Positions 25,181 through 36,432 are shown, numbered from the stretch's first letter. The stretch: 64,000 nucleotides of DNA from Candidatus Poribacteria bacterium (GCA_964291315.2 OZ219753.1:96001-160000), one strand, 5' to 3'. Notes: a model not told the origin generated them from the letters alone. Translations and numbers: made by a program.

Positions 25181-26620
25181 CTACTCGGATACCTCTTCCC
25201 AATCCAAAGCTGTTTGGTTCCATACAAACTGTTGTAATGGTCCAAATTTGAGATTAAGCGTTAAACTCTTCGGCGTTGGTGAACTATCAAATAGATTAAA
25301 GTCTCGGACGACGACATAGGTGTGCTGACCGTCGGTAATCATTTTACACGCGTCAACGAAGTCATCAAGGTTACGAATCTGTTTCCCGTTTATATCGAGA
25401 ATGACCACTTTGGAGTTGCCGTTTCGTTCTTGCAAACCGACTCGTGAGAAGCTACTCCCTGCAACGGCGTGCGGTAGATAGACTCCATCGGCTTCTAAGA
25501 AAAGTATCCGTCGGAGTTGGGGTGTAATATCGTGGAAGACGGCGCCTCCAAATCTAACGAATCGACGGACTTTCTTCGCCTCCAGATCCTCTACAGGGAT
25601 ATCGAGACTCAGGTTTTCACCGTTGCGATATACGTCCAGGTTGATGTTTTTTTCGACATTTTGGTTCAGAATGGCATCGAAAGTATAGAGATCGTCTCTT
25701 ATGAGTTCGTCGTTGATACGGTAGATGATATCGGAGGCGCGCAGGATGGTTTCCCCTGTTGTTCTGGGGACGATTGACTCAACCTGAATTACCTTGGGCG
25801 TTCCGGCTTTGGAGGGTCCTATCTCTTTTCGCAAAGCTCCGGGGAAATTGAAGTGCTTAATCGCTTCGCCGATAGAGATGAGTTCTAAATCAACCCCGAT
25901 TTCGCCGCGTCGAATTGTTATCGAATTCTGAATCAACTCGAGTGCATCGTAAAGGTAGTCGATGGGCAGTTCAAAACTGGACGTGTCGGTGCCGCGGGCG
26001 TGAATAGCGATCACCTCGCCTGCGGTATTCCAGACGGGGCTTCCACTAGATCCCCCTGTTCTGTCAAAGGTTGTATGGATGTAACTAGAGTGTCGGTCTC
26101 CTTTGTTGACGTTGAGATTTGCGATTGTACCGAATTTGATTGAATATTCCTCTTTCTCATTGTTACCGATGAGCAGGAGTTCATCCCCGAGCGAGAGTGA
26201 GCCCCATTCGCCGAGTTCGACGGCTTTCAGTTCAAAATCAACTTCTTCAGGGTCAATCTGATAGAAACCGAAATCGTGTGTCGGATCGTAGTATAGAATA
26301 CGGGCTTCTGTGAAGCTGCCGTCGTGAAAATTAATTTTGACGTAAGAGGGGCTGCTGCCGGTAACGTGCCGGTTTGTAGCAATAACGCCACGTTCTGCGT
26401 CTACAACGAAGCCTGTAGCGAAATTTGTGCCTTTTGCTTCAGTTTCAAAGACGACCTCAGAGGAGGTTTCAACATTCACCACCATGGGTTTGAAAGCCGC
26501 GATTTGTTCTGTCCAATTATGTGCTGCGTTGGCGTTTGCAATCAACGTGAAAAGTAAAAGGATCGCAAAGACAGCACTGATTTTCTGTTTTTTGACCACA
26601 GTTCTAAGAACCTGTTTCAT
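25181..26620 (-). CDS. Secreted trypsin-like serine protease with PDZ domains (Nma111/HtrA-like)
   Basis: Signal peptide. Triad in 'TNRHV', 'DP.HDFG' and 'GGSSGSPV'. PDZ-like C-terminal half. Confidence 0.88.
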   Translation of the reverse strand: MKQVLRTVVKKQKISAVFAILLLFTLIANANAAHNWTEQIAAFKPMVVNVETSSEVVFETEAKGTNFATGFVVDAERGVIATNRHVTGSSPSYVKINFHDGSFTEARILYYDPTHDFGFYQIDPEEVDFELKAVELGEWGSLSLGDELLLIGNNEKEEYSIKFGTIANLNVNKGDRHSSYIHTTFDRTGGSSGSPVWNTAGEVIAIHARGTDTSSFELPIDYLYDALELIQNSITIRRGEIGVDLELISIGEAIKHFNFPGALRKEIGPSKAGTPKVIQVESIVPRTTGETILRASDIIYRINDELIRDDLYTFDAILNQNVEKNINLDVYRNGENLSLDIPVEDLEAKKVRRFVRFGGAVFHDITPQLRRILFLEADGVYLPHAVAGSSFSRVGLQERNGNSKVVILDINGKQIRNLDDFVDACKMITDGQHTYVVVRDFNLFDSSPTPKSLTLNLKFGPLQQFVWNQTALDWEEVSE

Positions 26621-26759
26621 GATCGTCCTTTCTTGCTTTAGAATTTCTATAATTTTGAAGAGTTTAACACGCTAATTCAGGGATGTCAAATCTTTTTTTT
26701 TGGGGCAATCGAGACATGTTGTCAATTGTTTTGCCTTTAGGAATTGGGTTCTTTTTATC

Positions 26760-26788
26760 TTGACGGTGTGTCTCAAACGTGATATATT
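26760..26788 (+). promoter_or_regulatory. sigma70 promoter of acetamidase gene
   Basis: TTGACG, 17 nt, (TGA)TATATT. Confidence 0.6.
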
Positions 26789-26875
26789 GCTCACACTTTT
26801 GTATGGCAAGTTTCGGCTTTTGAACTACCCTGAAAATGCTATCAGCTTCTTGAAAAGTAGAAGAGGATTTTAGAG

Positions 26876-27796
26876 ATGGCAATACACCACTTTGAACCGA
26901 ACGTCTATTACACAGCAATCGGTGCCCACAAACCGGTACTCCATATCGAGAGCGGGGACACCGTTTTCACAACGACCGTGGATAACGCAGGCTATGATGC
27001 CTCGGATACACAAGTTACCGCAGGTGGCAACCCACAGACGGGTCCTTTTTATGTTGAATCGGCAGAACCGGGCGACACGTTAGCCGTTCATTTGGATCGG
27101 ATCGTCCCGAATCGTTTAATTGGACGGACAGCTATGACCGTTGCGCCCAATGTGCTTGATCCACATTATGTAGTTTCTGAAATGCCCGAACGGGGGAGCG
27201 CAGAATGGCATGTGGATGTCGAGAAGTGGACAGCGACATTGATGACTCCAGAGACGCAGTTAGGTAAGCTCACACTGCCACTTGAACCGATGATCGGATG
27301 TTTTGGGGTTGCGCCACCACGTGGACAAGCGATTTCGACGGCGACCTCTTCTACCCACGGTGGCAATATGGATTATCGCGGTTTTCAGGCGGGGGTTACC
27401 GTCTACTTCCCTGTTTTTGTTCCCGGCGCGCTTTTTCACCTTGGTGATGGCCATGCGGTACAAGGCGACGGTGAGATTGTTGGGACTGGCATTGAAATTT
27501 CTTTTCACGTACAGTTTACGGTTGAAGTGATCAAGGGAAAAACCATTAATTGGCCCCGTGCGGAGAACATCGATTATATTCTCGCGACTGGCAATGCACG
27601 TCCGTTGGATCAGGCGGTTCAACATGCAACAACCGAGCTTCTCCGGTGGTTAGATGAGCTCGGTTTGGAGAAACGCTCAGCGCATATCTTATTGGGGCAG
27701 GCGGTAGAATATGATATGGGAAACGTTTTTGATCCCGCGTATACAATGGTCTGCAAAATTAAAAAGTCAATATTACGCCAGATTGGGGTCATGTAA
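26876..27796 (+). CDS. Acetamidase/formamidase family protein
   Basis: 'NPQTGP.YV..AEPGD.L', 'PMIG..GVAP', 'GGNMD' and 'GDGHA.QGDGE..G'. Confidence 0.93.
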   Translation: MAIHHFEPNVYYTAIGAHKPVLHIESGDTVFTTTVDNAGYDASDTQVTAGGNPQTGPFYVESAEPGDTLAVHLDRIVPNRLIGRTAMTVAPNVLDPHYVVSEMPERGSAEWHVDVEKWTATLMTPETQLGKLTLPLEPMIGCFGVAPPRGQAISTATSSTHGGNMDYRGFQAGVTVYFPVFVPGALFHLGDGHAVQGDGEIVGTGIEISFHVQFTVEVIKGKTINWPRAENIDYILATGNARPLDQAVQHATTELLRWLDELGLEKRSAHILLGQAVEYDMGNVFDPAYTMVCKIKKSILRQIGVM

Positions 27797-28046
27797 TTAG
27801 TTATACATTTGTATAATATCTTCCAAAGTTCGGTTATGATTGTATTGCCAACGTTTCTTTAATGTTCGCAAAATTATAGATTGTCCGTCGTGAAGCTTTG
27901 AAGAGGCGTTCAGCCTCGGCTTTACTGCTCCAGCTCTGACAAAGTTTAAGACGCGTTTGCGGGAATCTGTTGAATATTTCGTAACTGTAAAGACTCACAG
28001 GCATGCCGTAATATCTAAGCTTATTTATACAATTTACTATATTTGC

Positions 28047-28874
28047 TCAGGGTTTGTTCATGTTCAGTCCTGACATGGATCTAAGATTCAACAGCGGGGT
28101 CGTCACACCCCCGGTAGCGGGGATAACAACGCCAGTGTCGTAAAGTTTCATGGCAGAAATAGTGGCGTGTGCGACATCTTCAGGCGTTCCAGATCGGACC
28201 ATAAAGATGTAGCCCTGTCTCGCTGCTTCCTCATAATCTGGGATACGGACGCGCGATAGGTCGGTGTTAATCACCCCGGCGGCGATGCCGTTTACTTTAA
28301 TGCCGTGCTCTGCAAGTCGTCCGGCGTAAGCGCGCATGCTCATCTCTAATCCTGCTTTTGAGATACAGTAGGCGGTTCGGTTGTCGGATGCCGTTGTGTC
28401 GGAAATAGAGAGCGTGTAGATAATGCATCCGCGGATATTTTTGCCTACCATGTAGTTAGCGATGCGTTGTGTAAGAAAGTGGGTTGCTTTGAGGTTAGTG
28501 TTGATAATAACATCGAACTGCTCCGGTGTCTCCTCAAGAATGTCTGCGATACGTGTGATACCGGCGTTATTGATGAGGATATCTACTTTCCCAAAGGCAT
28601 CGTGTGCGGTGTTAAGTAGTTTTTCGTGTGCATGGAGGTCGCTGATGTCGGCTTGAGTGATAACCGCTTTTCTGCCGAGCGCTTCTATTTCTTGTTGCAC
28701 GGATTCAGCAGCATCGCGGTTTTGGTTGTAATTGATCAGTACGTCGGCCCCTTGGCGTGCCAATTCAATTGCGATTGCTCGTCCGATGCCGCGACTGGCT
28801 CCGGTGACGATTGCGGATTTGTCTATGAAGGAAACGTCTGTTTCAAAAAAACCGAGGTCTGTGTGTATTGACAT
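28047..28874 (-). CDS. Short-chain dehydrogenase/reductase
   Basis: TGASRGIG, NNAG and YCISK (YxxxK). Confidence 0.92.
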   Translation of the reverse strand: MSIHTDLGFFETDVSFIDKSAIVTGASRGIGRAIAIELARQGADVLINYNQNRDAAESVQQEIEALGRKAVITQADISDLHAHEKLLNTAHDAFGKVDILINNAGITRIADILEETPEQFDVIINTNLKATHFLTQRIANYMVGKNIRGCIIYTLSISDTTASDNRTAYCISKAGLEMSMRAYAGRLAEHGIKVNGIAAGVINTDLSRVRIPDYEEAARQGYIFMVRSGTPEDVAHATISAMKLYDTGVVIPATGGVTTPLLNLRSMSGLNMNKP

Positions 28875-29008
28875 CTATTTTCCTTTTTTCGTGGTTGTTT
28901 GTTGTCAACTGTGGGTTAAAAAATGGTTTGCTTAAGTCAAAACCTCTTTAACCGACAACAGCAAGAAATCTACGGCGTAGACTCCCGTATCGACAGCTGA
29001 TAACTAAT

Positions 29009-30115
29009 TTAATCTGAATATGGGTCTGCTGCATCGCGAAGGGCATCTCCGAAGAAGTTGAAGGCGATGACGACCACGAGCACCGGTACTGCTGGGAGAA
29101 TCAGCCACGGGTAATGGAGCAGAACAGTGACGCGCTGTGCTTCCTCTAGGAGGACACCCCAGCTCGTCATCGGTGGACGGATCCCCAACCCTAAGAAACT
29201 GAGTGCGGTTTCGCCCAGGATCATGCCGGGGACAGCGAGCGTGGCGATGACAATAATATGGCTGTAACATCCCGGTAGTAGGTGTTTTGTGATGATGTGC
29301 CAATGCCCTGCACCAGCAGCGCGCGCCGCCATTACGAAATCGCTTTCACGATATGCCAGGACCTTTCCGCGTACCTGTCGTGCTAGTCCGCCCCATCGGA
29401 TAATTGATAAAATAATTGTAATGCCGAAGTATATCTGAATACTTGACCACCCCGGTGGTAGAGCTGCCCCGAGTGCCATCCATAGTGGAATGTCTGGGAA
29501 TGCGGAAAGGATTTCGATAGTCCGTTGGATCAGGTTGTCTACCCATCCACCGCAGTAGCCGGAGATAGTGCCGAGAATCGAGCCGAGAACGATGCTCAAG
29601 AAAACGCCAACCAAACCGATTGTCATTGAGACGCGTGCTCCGTACATAATGCGTGAAAGCATATCGCGGCCCATCCGGTCGGTGCCTAAGAGGAACATAG
29701 GGCCGGCGGAGCTGAATAGGTGGTGCTTGCCGTTTGCGTCCTTGAAAAAGAATGTGGCGGGGAGTTTTTGGGACATATCCCTAGTGAATTCTAGTTCAAG
29801 ACTTTCTGGGTTCCGCACGGATTTCAGAGCGTGGACGTAAAATCCATCTTGGAGTGAGAAATGAAGCGATTGAGGAGGTACGTGGCGGAGCTGCATGTTA
29901 ATTTCACTATAGTGATACGGCGCGAAAAAGTCCGCACCAATAGCGAGAATGTAGAAAAGAATTAAGACCGCCCCGGAGATGATACCCATCCGGTTTTTGC
30001 GAAAGCGATGCCATATTAGTTGGCGGTAACTGAGTTGCCCTGCCTTGTTTGTGGTCTCCATTTCTTGGGCAGCCTCGGTTGTTTGATTGGATGTGCTTCT
30101 TTGCATTTCATTCAT
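29009..30115 (-). CDS. ABC transporter permease (OppC/DppC-like)
   Basis: 'LLGTD..GRD.LSR..YGAR.S', 'FV.AARA.GA' (EAA loop) and 'E..LSFLGLG'. Confidence 0.93.
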   Translation of the reverse strand: MNEMQRSTSNQTTEAAQEMETTNKAGQLSYRQLIWHRFRKNRMGIISGAVLILFYILAIGADFFAPYHYSEINMQLRHVPPQSLHFSLQDGFYVHALKSVRNPESLELEFTRDMSQKLPATFFFKDANGKHHLFSSAGPMFLLGTDRMGRDMLSRIMYGARVSMTIGLVGVFLSIVLGSILGTISGYCGGWVDNLIQRTIEILSAFPDIPLWMALGAALPPGWSSIQIYFGITIILSIIRWGGLARQVRGKVLAYRESDFVMAARAAGAGHWHIITKHLLPGCYSHIIVIATLAVPGMILGETALSFLGLGIRPPMTSWGVLLEEAQRVTVLLHYPWLILPAVPVLVVVIAFNFFGDALRDAADPYSD

Positions 30116-31094
30116 AGCGAATCCTCGGATCGACCCAAGCGAGGGCGATATCGGCAAGTAGGTTGCCGATAACTAAAAGGAGACTCAGCATCATAATTAG
30201 CGTCCCAGCGAGGTAGATGTCTTCGTTCAGTAAACTCCGCAAGAGGATCGGACCGACTGTGGGCAGACCGAGCACGATGGAGACAATTGCTGAACCTGAA
30301 AGAATGCCGGGTAGACTCATTCCCAAAATGCTGATAAGTGGATTGATTGCGATTCGCGCTGCATGCTTGCTCACGACGATAATCTCTTTAAGGCCCTTTG
30401 CCCGTGCGGTTTGGACAAAAGGTTGTCCCAAAACGTCAAGTAAATTGCCTCTCATGATACGCGTCAAGCTCGCGGTTCCATTGATTCCGACGACGATGAC
30501 AGGAATCCAGAGATGCTTAAAAAGATCGTTGAGTTTGCCCCACGTCCACGGTGCCCCTTCATAGTAAGCCGAGAAGAGCCCGAATAACGGAACCCCGAAA
30601 ATGTCAAATGCGAACACCATCATCGATAGTGCTAAAAGAAATGCAGGTATTGACATACCGACAAAACTCAGGAAGGTCAGAAAATGGTCTGACCACTGAT
30701 ATTGATGCGTTGCGGAATAGACTCCCAATGGGATAGCGAGAACATAGGTGAAGATGAGCGATCCGATAGAAATAAGGAGTGTGAAGGCGATTCTATCCCA
30801 TATCAGTTCGTGTACTTCTCGTTTATATTCAAACGATTCCCCGAACTTACCGCGCACAAAGCCACCTATCCAAATAAGATAGCGTTTCCACAAAGGTTCG
30901 TTCAACCCGTAGCGTTCACGCAGTTCCTCGACCTGTGTCAGCGAACTGCTATCACCGAATTCTTCCTCTAATCGTTGGATTTCACGGTCGAGGTAGTCCC
31001 CTTGCGGAAGTTGGATGATGATAAAAGAGATGATAGAAATCGCCGCGAGCGTCGGAATTGCGGTCAAACATCGGCGAATGATATAGGTGATTAT
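30108..31094 (-). CDS. ABC transporter permease (OppB/DppB-like), apparent ATA start
   Basis: 'YGLN.P...RY..W...F..G.FG.S' and 'TARAKGL'. The frame extends to ATA 31094-31092 (MITYIIRRCLTAIP), 8 nt after AAGGAG. Confidence 0.9.
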   Translation of the reverse strand: MITYIIRRCLTAIPTLAAISIISFIIIQLPQGDYLDREIQRLEEEFGDSSSLTQVEELRERYGLNEPLWKRYLIWIGGFVRGKFGESFEYKREVHELIWDRIAFTLLISIGSLIFTYVLAIPLGVYSATHQYQWSDHFLTFLSFVGMSIPAFLLALSMMVFAFDIFGVPLFGLFSAYYEGAPWTWGKLNDLFKHLWIPVIVVGINGTASLTRIMRGNLLDVLGQPFVQTARAKGLKEIIVVSKHAARIAINPLISILGMSLPGILSGSAIVSIVLGLPTVGPILLRSLLNEDIYLAGTLIMMLSLLLVIGNLLADIALAWVDPRIRYE

Positions 31095-31334
31095 CGGTCT
31101 GTCTCCTTGTTATCGGCTATCAGTATTCAGCGGCTGGCTTTTAATCTCTATTATTAGATAGCTCATTTCCCTGTTATAGTAAGAACCTACATTTTACTTG
31201 AGTAAGATTCGCAAGTTAGCGTGTAGATACAAGACTCGCAGCATGTTAGAAACTCGCTCCGGTATCTGTCGTTAAACCGTTGTCCTTTATCAAGAGTAGG
31301 AGGTTTTTGACGATGGAATGCTGACTGCTGATGG

Positions 31335-33305
31335 CTACTCCTTAGATATCCAACACTGTTCGGGGTAGCTGGTTGCGGGTGTAACGATCGCCCAGGGCCC
31401 CAAAATCCCGTCTTTTGGGACGTTGTGAAAGTGGTTCGCTACGACTAAGAGTGATGGTGAGCGTGCTGCGGAACCGAGGTGGAAGGGGCCCTCGTCGATG
31501 TGGATTCTAACAGCATCTCGGACGTATTGGTGTCGTTGTTTTTCGTCGGGTTCCTGCTTAATTTTATCGTATAAATCGAGCAACCGCTTTAGCGGTCCGG
31601 TGGGCGGTTCGCCCTTTTCTCCACCTGTTTCGTACCATTTTCCAACCTTGGGATGCCAATACTTAGGGAGTGTCGGAAACACCCAGTCAGGGTAAGTAAA
31701 AAGGTCCATTTCTGCTTCGCCGTGCATGCTGATTGTGAATTTGCCGAGTGTGCGCCGCAGACTTAATTCTGCTCCCGGGGGGGTATAGAGAAGTGTTTTT
31801 AGGCCCAGTTGCTCCCATCCTTCCTGAATAATTAACCCGATGTCGTTCTCTTGACTGTTGAGGTTGGAACTCGGCACATCCATGAGTATTTCAATCGTTT
31901 TGCCATCTGGACGGAGTCTGTAGTCGTCTTTATCGCGTTCTGTGAGTCCCATTTCGTCAAGGAGGCGGTTTCCTGCGTCAATGTCGAAGTTCGCGTCAGC
32001 ACGTTTCCATTCTTCGAAGAGGGTTTGCCCTGCCTCATCGGCGAAATGCCATGCCTCTTGGCTAACGGTTGCTGCTTGAGGTTCTAACAAACCGCGCCAT
32101 GCGATTTCGTTACACTTGACGCGGTCGATGCCGTAAGCGAGTGCCTTTCGGAACCGTTGATCCCGAATGAGCTGTCTTAGCACCGGATCCGGTGCGGTCC
32201 AGTTAATGAGGATGGCGGGTAACGCGCCGGCCGTACTTTTCCAACGGCGGACCTGATAGCCCCCCTTTTCTTGTCCTTTTAGGTAAAGTGCAAGATCACG
32301 GAGTTCCATCCCCCGGTATTGGCAGTCAATCTCGCCGGCAAGAATTTTGAGTACCCGCACCTGAGGTTCGGGTACTAAACTCGTCTTGACTCTATCAATA
32401 TAAGGGAGTTGCCTGCCGAGTGTATCAACAACGTAGTAGTAAGGGTTGCGCTCCAATTCGACACGGAACCCTCCCTTTTCGTACTTTGCCACGCGCCATG
32501 GCCACAATGTTGGGCGTTCGGGGTTTTGGTGTGGACTGTCTTCTTTTTCGAATTGAATGAAATCCTTATATTTCGGATTGCTATCTGGATGAAATTGCAG
32601 CATGTAGTGCTTCGGAATGTTGTATAAATTGCACCACCAAAATCCTGTTGCTAACCAAAGCGGGACAAGCCAATTGGGGCCCGCGAATTTCATTACGATA
32701 GTGTAGTCATCCGGTGTCTCGACTTCCATCGGGATGCCGTTGACCTTGCACCAAACCGGCGGACTGTGTTTATACCGTTCATCAAGGCAGAGTTGGTAAT
32801 AAAAAGCGAACGAAGCTGAAGTGTACGGATGGCCGTCTGACCATCTGATGCCTTTACGAAGCCGCAAGGTCAAGATACTTCCATCTTCATTAAACTCCCA
32901 CGATTCGGCGAGCCCGGGTTCCAGGCCGGAGGCATCAAATTTCCATCGGATGAGCGGTGCATAACCGGCCGCCATCTTCCACGTCCCTAAATCTGGATGT
33001 GTGTGGAATCGGTGCCACGTCCCGCCGTAGGGGCCGGGTTGTTCATACCCTTCGAAATCCGTTTTAGCAACAAGCGGGTTTTCCGGAAGCCGCTCTGAGA
33101 GAGGAGGGAGTTTACCCTCGGCAACCCGTTTTGCCCACATCGGTGCCTCTTTCGCTTCAATGCCAGTTGGAAAGTCGGTGGTATCTTCTAATGGGCTGCC
33201 TGAGCATCCAAGCATAAGGATTGGGAGACTGAAAAGTAATACAATAAAATTCAGGGCAATCTTGAGAGGGGCTGTCGGTTTGGGCATTTCAAGTGTTCTC
33301 CTCAC
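31335..33305 (-). CDS. ABC transporter substrate-binding lipoprotein, family 5
   Basis: Lipobox LMLG|C, 'G.LPPL.ERLP.NP', 'LRKG..WSDG.P.T' and 'ERNPYY..VD..G.QLPYID'. Confidence 0.93.
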   Translation of the reverse strand: MRRTLEMPKPTAPLKIALNFIVLLFSLPILMLGCSGSPLEDTTDFPTGIEAKEAPMWAKRVAEGKLPPLSERLPENPLVAKTDFEGYEQPGPYGGTWHRFHTHPDLGTWKMAAGYAPLIRWKFDASGLEPGLAESWEFNEDGSILTLRLRKGIRWSDGHPYTSASFAFYYQLCLDERYKHSPPVWCKVNGIPMEVETPDDYTIVMKFAGPNWLVPLWLATGFWWCNLYNIPKHYMLQFHPDSNPKYKDFIQFEKEDSPHQNPERPTLWPWRVAKYEKGGFRVELERNPYYYVVDTLGRQLPYIDRVKTSLVPEPQVRVLKILAGEIDCQYRGMELRDLALYLKGQEKGGYQVRRWKSTAGALPAILINWTAPDPVLRQLIRDQRFRKALAYGIDRVKCNEIAWRGLLEPQAATVSQEAWHFADEAGQTLFEEWKRADANFDIDAGNRLLDEMGLTERDKDDYRLRPDGKTIEILMDVPSSNLNSQENDIGLIIQEGWEQLGLKTLLYTPPGAELSLRRTLGKFTISMHGEAEMDLFTYPDWVFPTLPKYWHPKVGKWYETGGEKGEPPTGPLKRLLDLYDKIKQEPDEKQRHQYVRDAVRIHIDEGPFHLGSAARSPSLLVVANHFHNVPKDGILGPWAIVTPATSYPEQCWISKE

Positions 33306-33437
33306 TCATCTCTTACGAGGGAATAAGTGAATCTGTTTAAGTCTTGAGAGACGTTTACAAATGATTCTGCATGCTTCGCGGTTTTCTCATCAACCAAGTC
33401 CGGGGCTGTAATTTTTTTGTACCTTTTGCTGATTTCG

Positions 33438-34436
33438 TTACACTCCTTGCAGCTCCAGCTTATCGTTGTGGTGGCATGCTACCTGAATCCCTTGTGCCAC
33501 CTGGCGGAGTTCGGGTGTTTCTTGTTTACATATATCCGTTGCGTAACGGCATCGTGGGTGGAAATAACAACCAATAGGAGGCTGAGACGGATCGGGCACA
33601 TCTCCATCAAGTCGGATATGTTCACGTTTGCGCTGTGCGTTTGGATCGGGGAGCGGGACAGCAGAAATTAGTGCCTCTGTATAGGGGTGCTTCGGCGATT
33701 GATAGAGGGTTTTAGCATCGCTAATCTCTACAATTTTTCCGAGGTACATGACAGCAACACGGTCACTGATATGTTCAACAACGCTCAGATCGTGTGCGAT
33801 AAAGATATAAGAGAGTTGAAATTTTTCTCGGAGTTCTGCCAATAGGTTCAGAATTTGTGCTTGCACCGAGACATCGAGGGCTGAGACCGGTTCGTCTGCG
33901 ACGATGAGTTCGGGGCGGAGTGCTAATGCGCGTGCGATACCGATGCGTTGGCGTTGTCCGCCGCTGAAGGCGTGTGGATAGCGTCGGGTATCTTGTGATC
34001 TGAGCCCTACAGATTCAAGAAGTTCAACGACCCTATCTTGGAGCTCGTTTCCTTTTTCAGTCCGATTGACACGCATTGGTTCCGCAACGATATCTCCTAC
34101 GGTCATCCGTGGGTTGAGTGAGGCGTGTGGGTCTTGAAAAATCATCTGGATACGTTTGCGGAAAGGTCGCATTTCGTGGTGTGTTAGCTTTGCTAGATCT
34201 ACTTGTTCCTCACCGAAAATGAAACTGCCGCTAGTAGGTGGAATCAATCGGAGCAAACATCTGCCTGCTGTGGTTTTCCCGCATCCGCTTTCACCGACGA
34301 GACCGAGCGTTTCACCGCGTTGCACGTCAAAATCTATACCGTCAACTGCTTTGACGTAGCCGATGGTGCGTTGGAAGATACCCTTCTGAATTGGAAAGTA
34401 TTTTCGGAGGTTTTTCACCTCAAGCAGTGGTGCCAT
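33438..34436 (-). CDS. Peptide ABC transporter ATP-binding protein (OppF/DppF-like)
   Basis: [24 protein letters not shown] and HPYT. Start ATG 34436. Confidence 0.95.
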   Translation of the reverse strand: MAPLLEVKNLRKYFPIQKGIFQRTIGYVKAVDGIDFDVQRGETLGLVGESGCGKTTAGRCLLRLIPPTSGSFIFGEEQVDLAKLTHHEMRPFRKRIQMIFQDPHASLNPRMTVGDIVAEPMRVNRTEKGNELQDRVVELLESVGLRSQDTRRYPHAFSGGQRQRIGIARALALRPELIVADEPVSALDVSVQAQILNLLAELREKFQLSYIFIAHDLSVVEHISDRVAVMYLGKIVEISDAKTLYQSPKHPYTEALISAVPLPDPNAQRKREHIRLDGDVPDPSQPPIGCYFHPRCRYATDICKQETPELRQVAQGIQVACHHNDKLELQGV

Positions 34437-35487
34437 TTTTCGCCTCTTGTCCTTGTAAATCTCTGTGCAGCCAGCATCGGGTGGTTTGTGTGTCACTTCC
34501 CATTTTTTCATTAATTCCGACGAGTTCCGGCATCTGATCGCATTCTGGCATTCGTTCCGGACAGCGGGGTCCAAACGAGCAACCGACTGGTAGTGCAAGC
34601 GGATGTGGCACTGTCCCGGGAATAGACGGCAATACTTGCTGTAATGTTTTCCCGAGAACGGGGATAGATTTTAGCAAGCCTTGTGTGTATGGGTGTAACG
34701 GATTATAGAAGATGTCCTCAGCGGTGCCTTTTTCGACAACACGTCCTGCATACATCACTACGACTTCGTCAGCCAGGTCGGCGATAACTCCGAGATCATG
34801 TGTGATTAGCATGATTGCCATTCCCATTTCTGCTTGCAGTTCCTGCATCAGTCCGAGGACTTGTGCTTGGATAGTGACATCAAGCGCAGTTGTTGGTTCA
34901 TCTGCAATCAGAAGTGCGGGAGAACAACAGAGCGCCATTGCAATCATGATTCTTTGGCGCATGCCGCCCGAAAGTTGATGCGGGTATTCATCAACGCGTT
35001 GTGCGGGGGCAGGTATACCGACCCGAGCAATCATCTCAATTGCGCGTTCGCGCGCGTTTTTTTTGTTGACTCGATCGTGTAACATCACTGCTTCTGCGAT
35101 CTGGTTTCCGACGGTATAGACCGGATTCAGGGAGGTCATCGGTTCTTGGAAAATGATTGCGATCTCGTTGCCGCGGATTTGACGCATCAACTCGCTTTTC
35201 GGTGATGCTTGTACAATGTCCAAGGGATCCTCGTCACCGTTGCGGTGAAACACTATCTTACCGGCTTCGATTCGTCCAGGAGGGGGCACAAGTTGGAGCA
35301 TCGAGAGGCCGGTAATACTTTTCCCACAACCGCTCTCACCGACAACGCCAACGGTTTGTCCGCGCGCAATGGAGAAACTGACATCGTTCACTGCATTTAC
35401 AATACCATCATCTGTTGGAAAGACTGTCTTTAAACCAGAAATTTCGAGAAGTGGTGTTTTAGAATATGTTTTTTGCGCTGAATCCAT
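34420..35487 (-). CDS. Peptide ABC transporter ATP-binding protein (OppD/DppD-like)
   Basis: [24 protein letters not shown] and HPYT. Confidence 0.95.
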   Translation of the reverse strand: MDSAQKTYSKTPLLEISGLKTVFPTDDGIVNAVNDVSFSIARGQTVGVVGESGCGKSITGLSMLQLVPPPGRIEAGKIVFHRNGDEDPLDIVQASPKSELMRQIRGNEIAIIFQEPMTSLNPVYTVGNQIAEAVMLHDRVNKKNARERAIEMIARVGIPAPAQRVDEYPHQLSGGMRQRIMIAMALCCSPALLIADEPTTALDVTIQAQVLGLMQELQAEMGMAIMLITHDLGVIADLADEVVVMYAGRVVEKGTAEDIFYNPLHPYTQGLLKSIPVLGKTLQQVLPSIPGTVPHPLALPVGCSFGPRCPERMPECDQMPELVGINEKMGSDTQTTRCWLHRDLQGQEAKNGTTA

Positions 35488-35697
35488 TCTATTGGGTTGC
35501 CTTGATACTTTTTCAAGCTTTTAGCCATTGTACACAAAAAACGGATCTGTGTCAATTTTTTTATTAATTCTATTTTAATTTAAAGGGGTTGAATTAAATA
35601 AGCAGGAGAGCGGTTGAGACATGTTGCTGATAATTGCTGAGAGGAGAGGAAGGGGAGGCGCGCTTACGAGAAAAATGGGACAAGTGCTCTTGCAAGT

Positions 35698-36417
35698 CTA
35701 CAATTCTGTTTTAATTTCATTCCAAAACACAGTGAGTTTTTCGGTTGCAGGCGCTTGGTGGTAGTTAGCAACGTGTGACTCGGCCATCTGTTGACTGATT
35801 GCTCCTGTGTTAGCGTGCCATGTTCCTGAGGTATCCCGCCTTGTTGTGAAAAAACGATTGTCTCTGTGCTGAACAGCGGTGACGACCTGCTGCGGTGTGT
35901 ACCTATTTTCAACCTTTGGTTCGATGTCTTTCAGTAATCCCCACGGGGTCGGTGAGATTCTCACTTGTTGGAGCCGCGTTTTCTCCATCGCAGTCAAGCC
36001 AAGCCCGGGGTCTTGCGAGTTTGTAAAGAACGCGAGTTTTAAGAAAAAACAAGAGGCGATGATATAGAAAAGTAGAGCAGTGACGTTAACAAACCTTGGG
36101 GAGAAATCTAACTTCAGTCGATCCAGACACCATGCTAATGGGTTTGCAAACAGGGCAATCCGCTGCCTTTTGTGGAAAGATCGTATGTACTGCTGAATGG
36201 TACCAGCTAATTCCGGTGGAGGTACCGGTTCATCTACGTTCTCTAGTAGGCTCGCCGTATTCCATAACGTTTCATACGCCATCTGGCAATTTGGACAGGT
36301 TCGTAGATGCTTCAAAAGCGCTCGTCGAGAGATGCCATCAAAAGCAGGTTTATTTGGCTTTGCGTTTTCTTGCTGAACCAGGTGCGGCAGATTATTAAGT
36401 GTCTGTTCGCAATTCAT
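35698..36417 (-). CDS. Zinc-binding (zf-HC2) transmembrane anti-sigma factor
   Basis: N-terminal 'MNC' and 'HLRTCPNC' (HxxxCxxC), one TM helix, directly downstream of an ECF sigma gene. Confidence 0.8.
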   Translation of the reverse strand: MNCEQTLNNLPHLVQQENAKPNKPAFDGISRRALLKHLRTCPNCQMAYETLWNTASLLENVDEPVPPPELAGTIQQYIRSFHKRQRIALFANPLAWCLDRLKLDFSPRFVNVTALLFYIIASCFFLKLAFFTNSQDPGLGLTAMEKTRLQQVRISPTPWGLLKDIEPKVENRYTPQQVVTAVQHRDNRFFTTRRDTSGTWHANTGAISQQMAESHVANYHQAPATEKLTVFWNEIKTEL

Positions 36418-36432
36418 GGGGACATGTCCTTT

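Noticed and set aside
27797-28046. AT-rich spacer between convergent genes as a possible ncRNA or insertion
   Set aside because: No convincing hairpin, repeat or ORF was found by eye.
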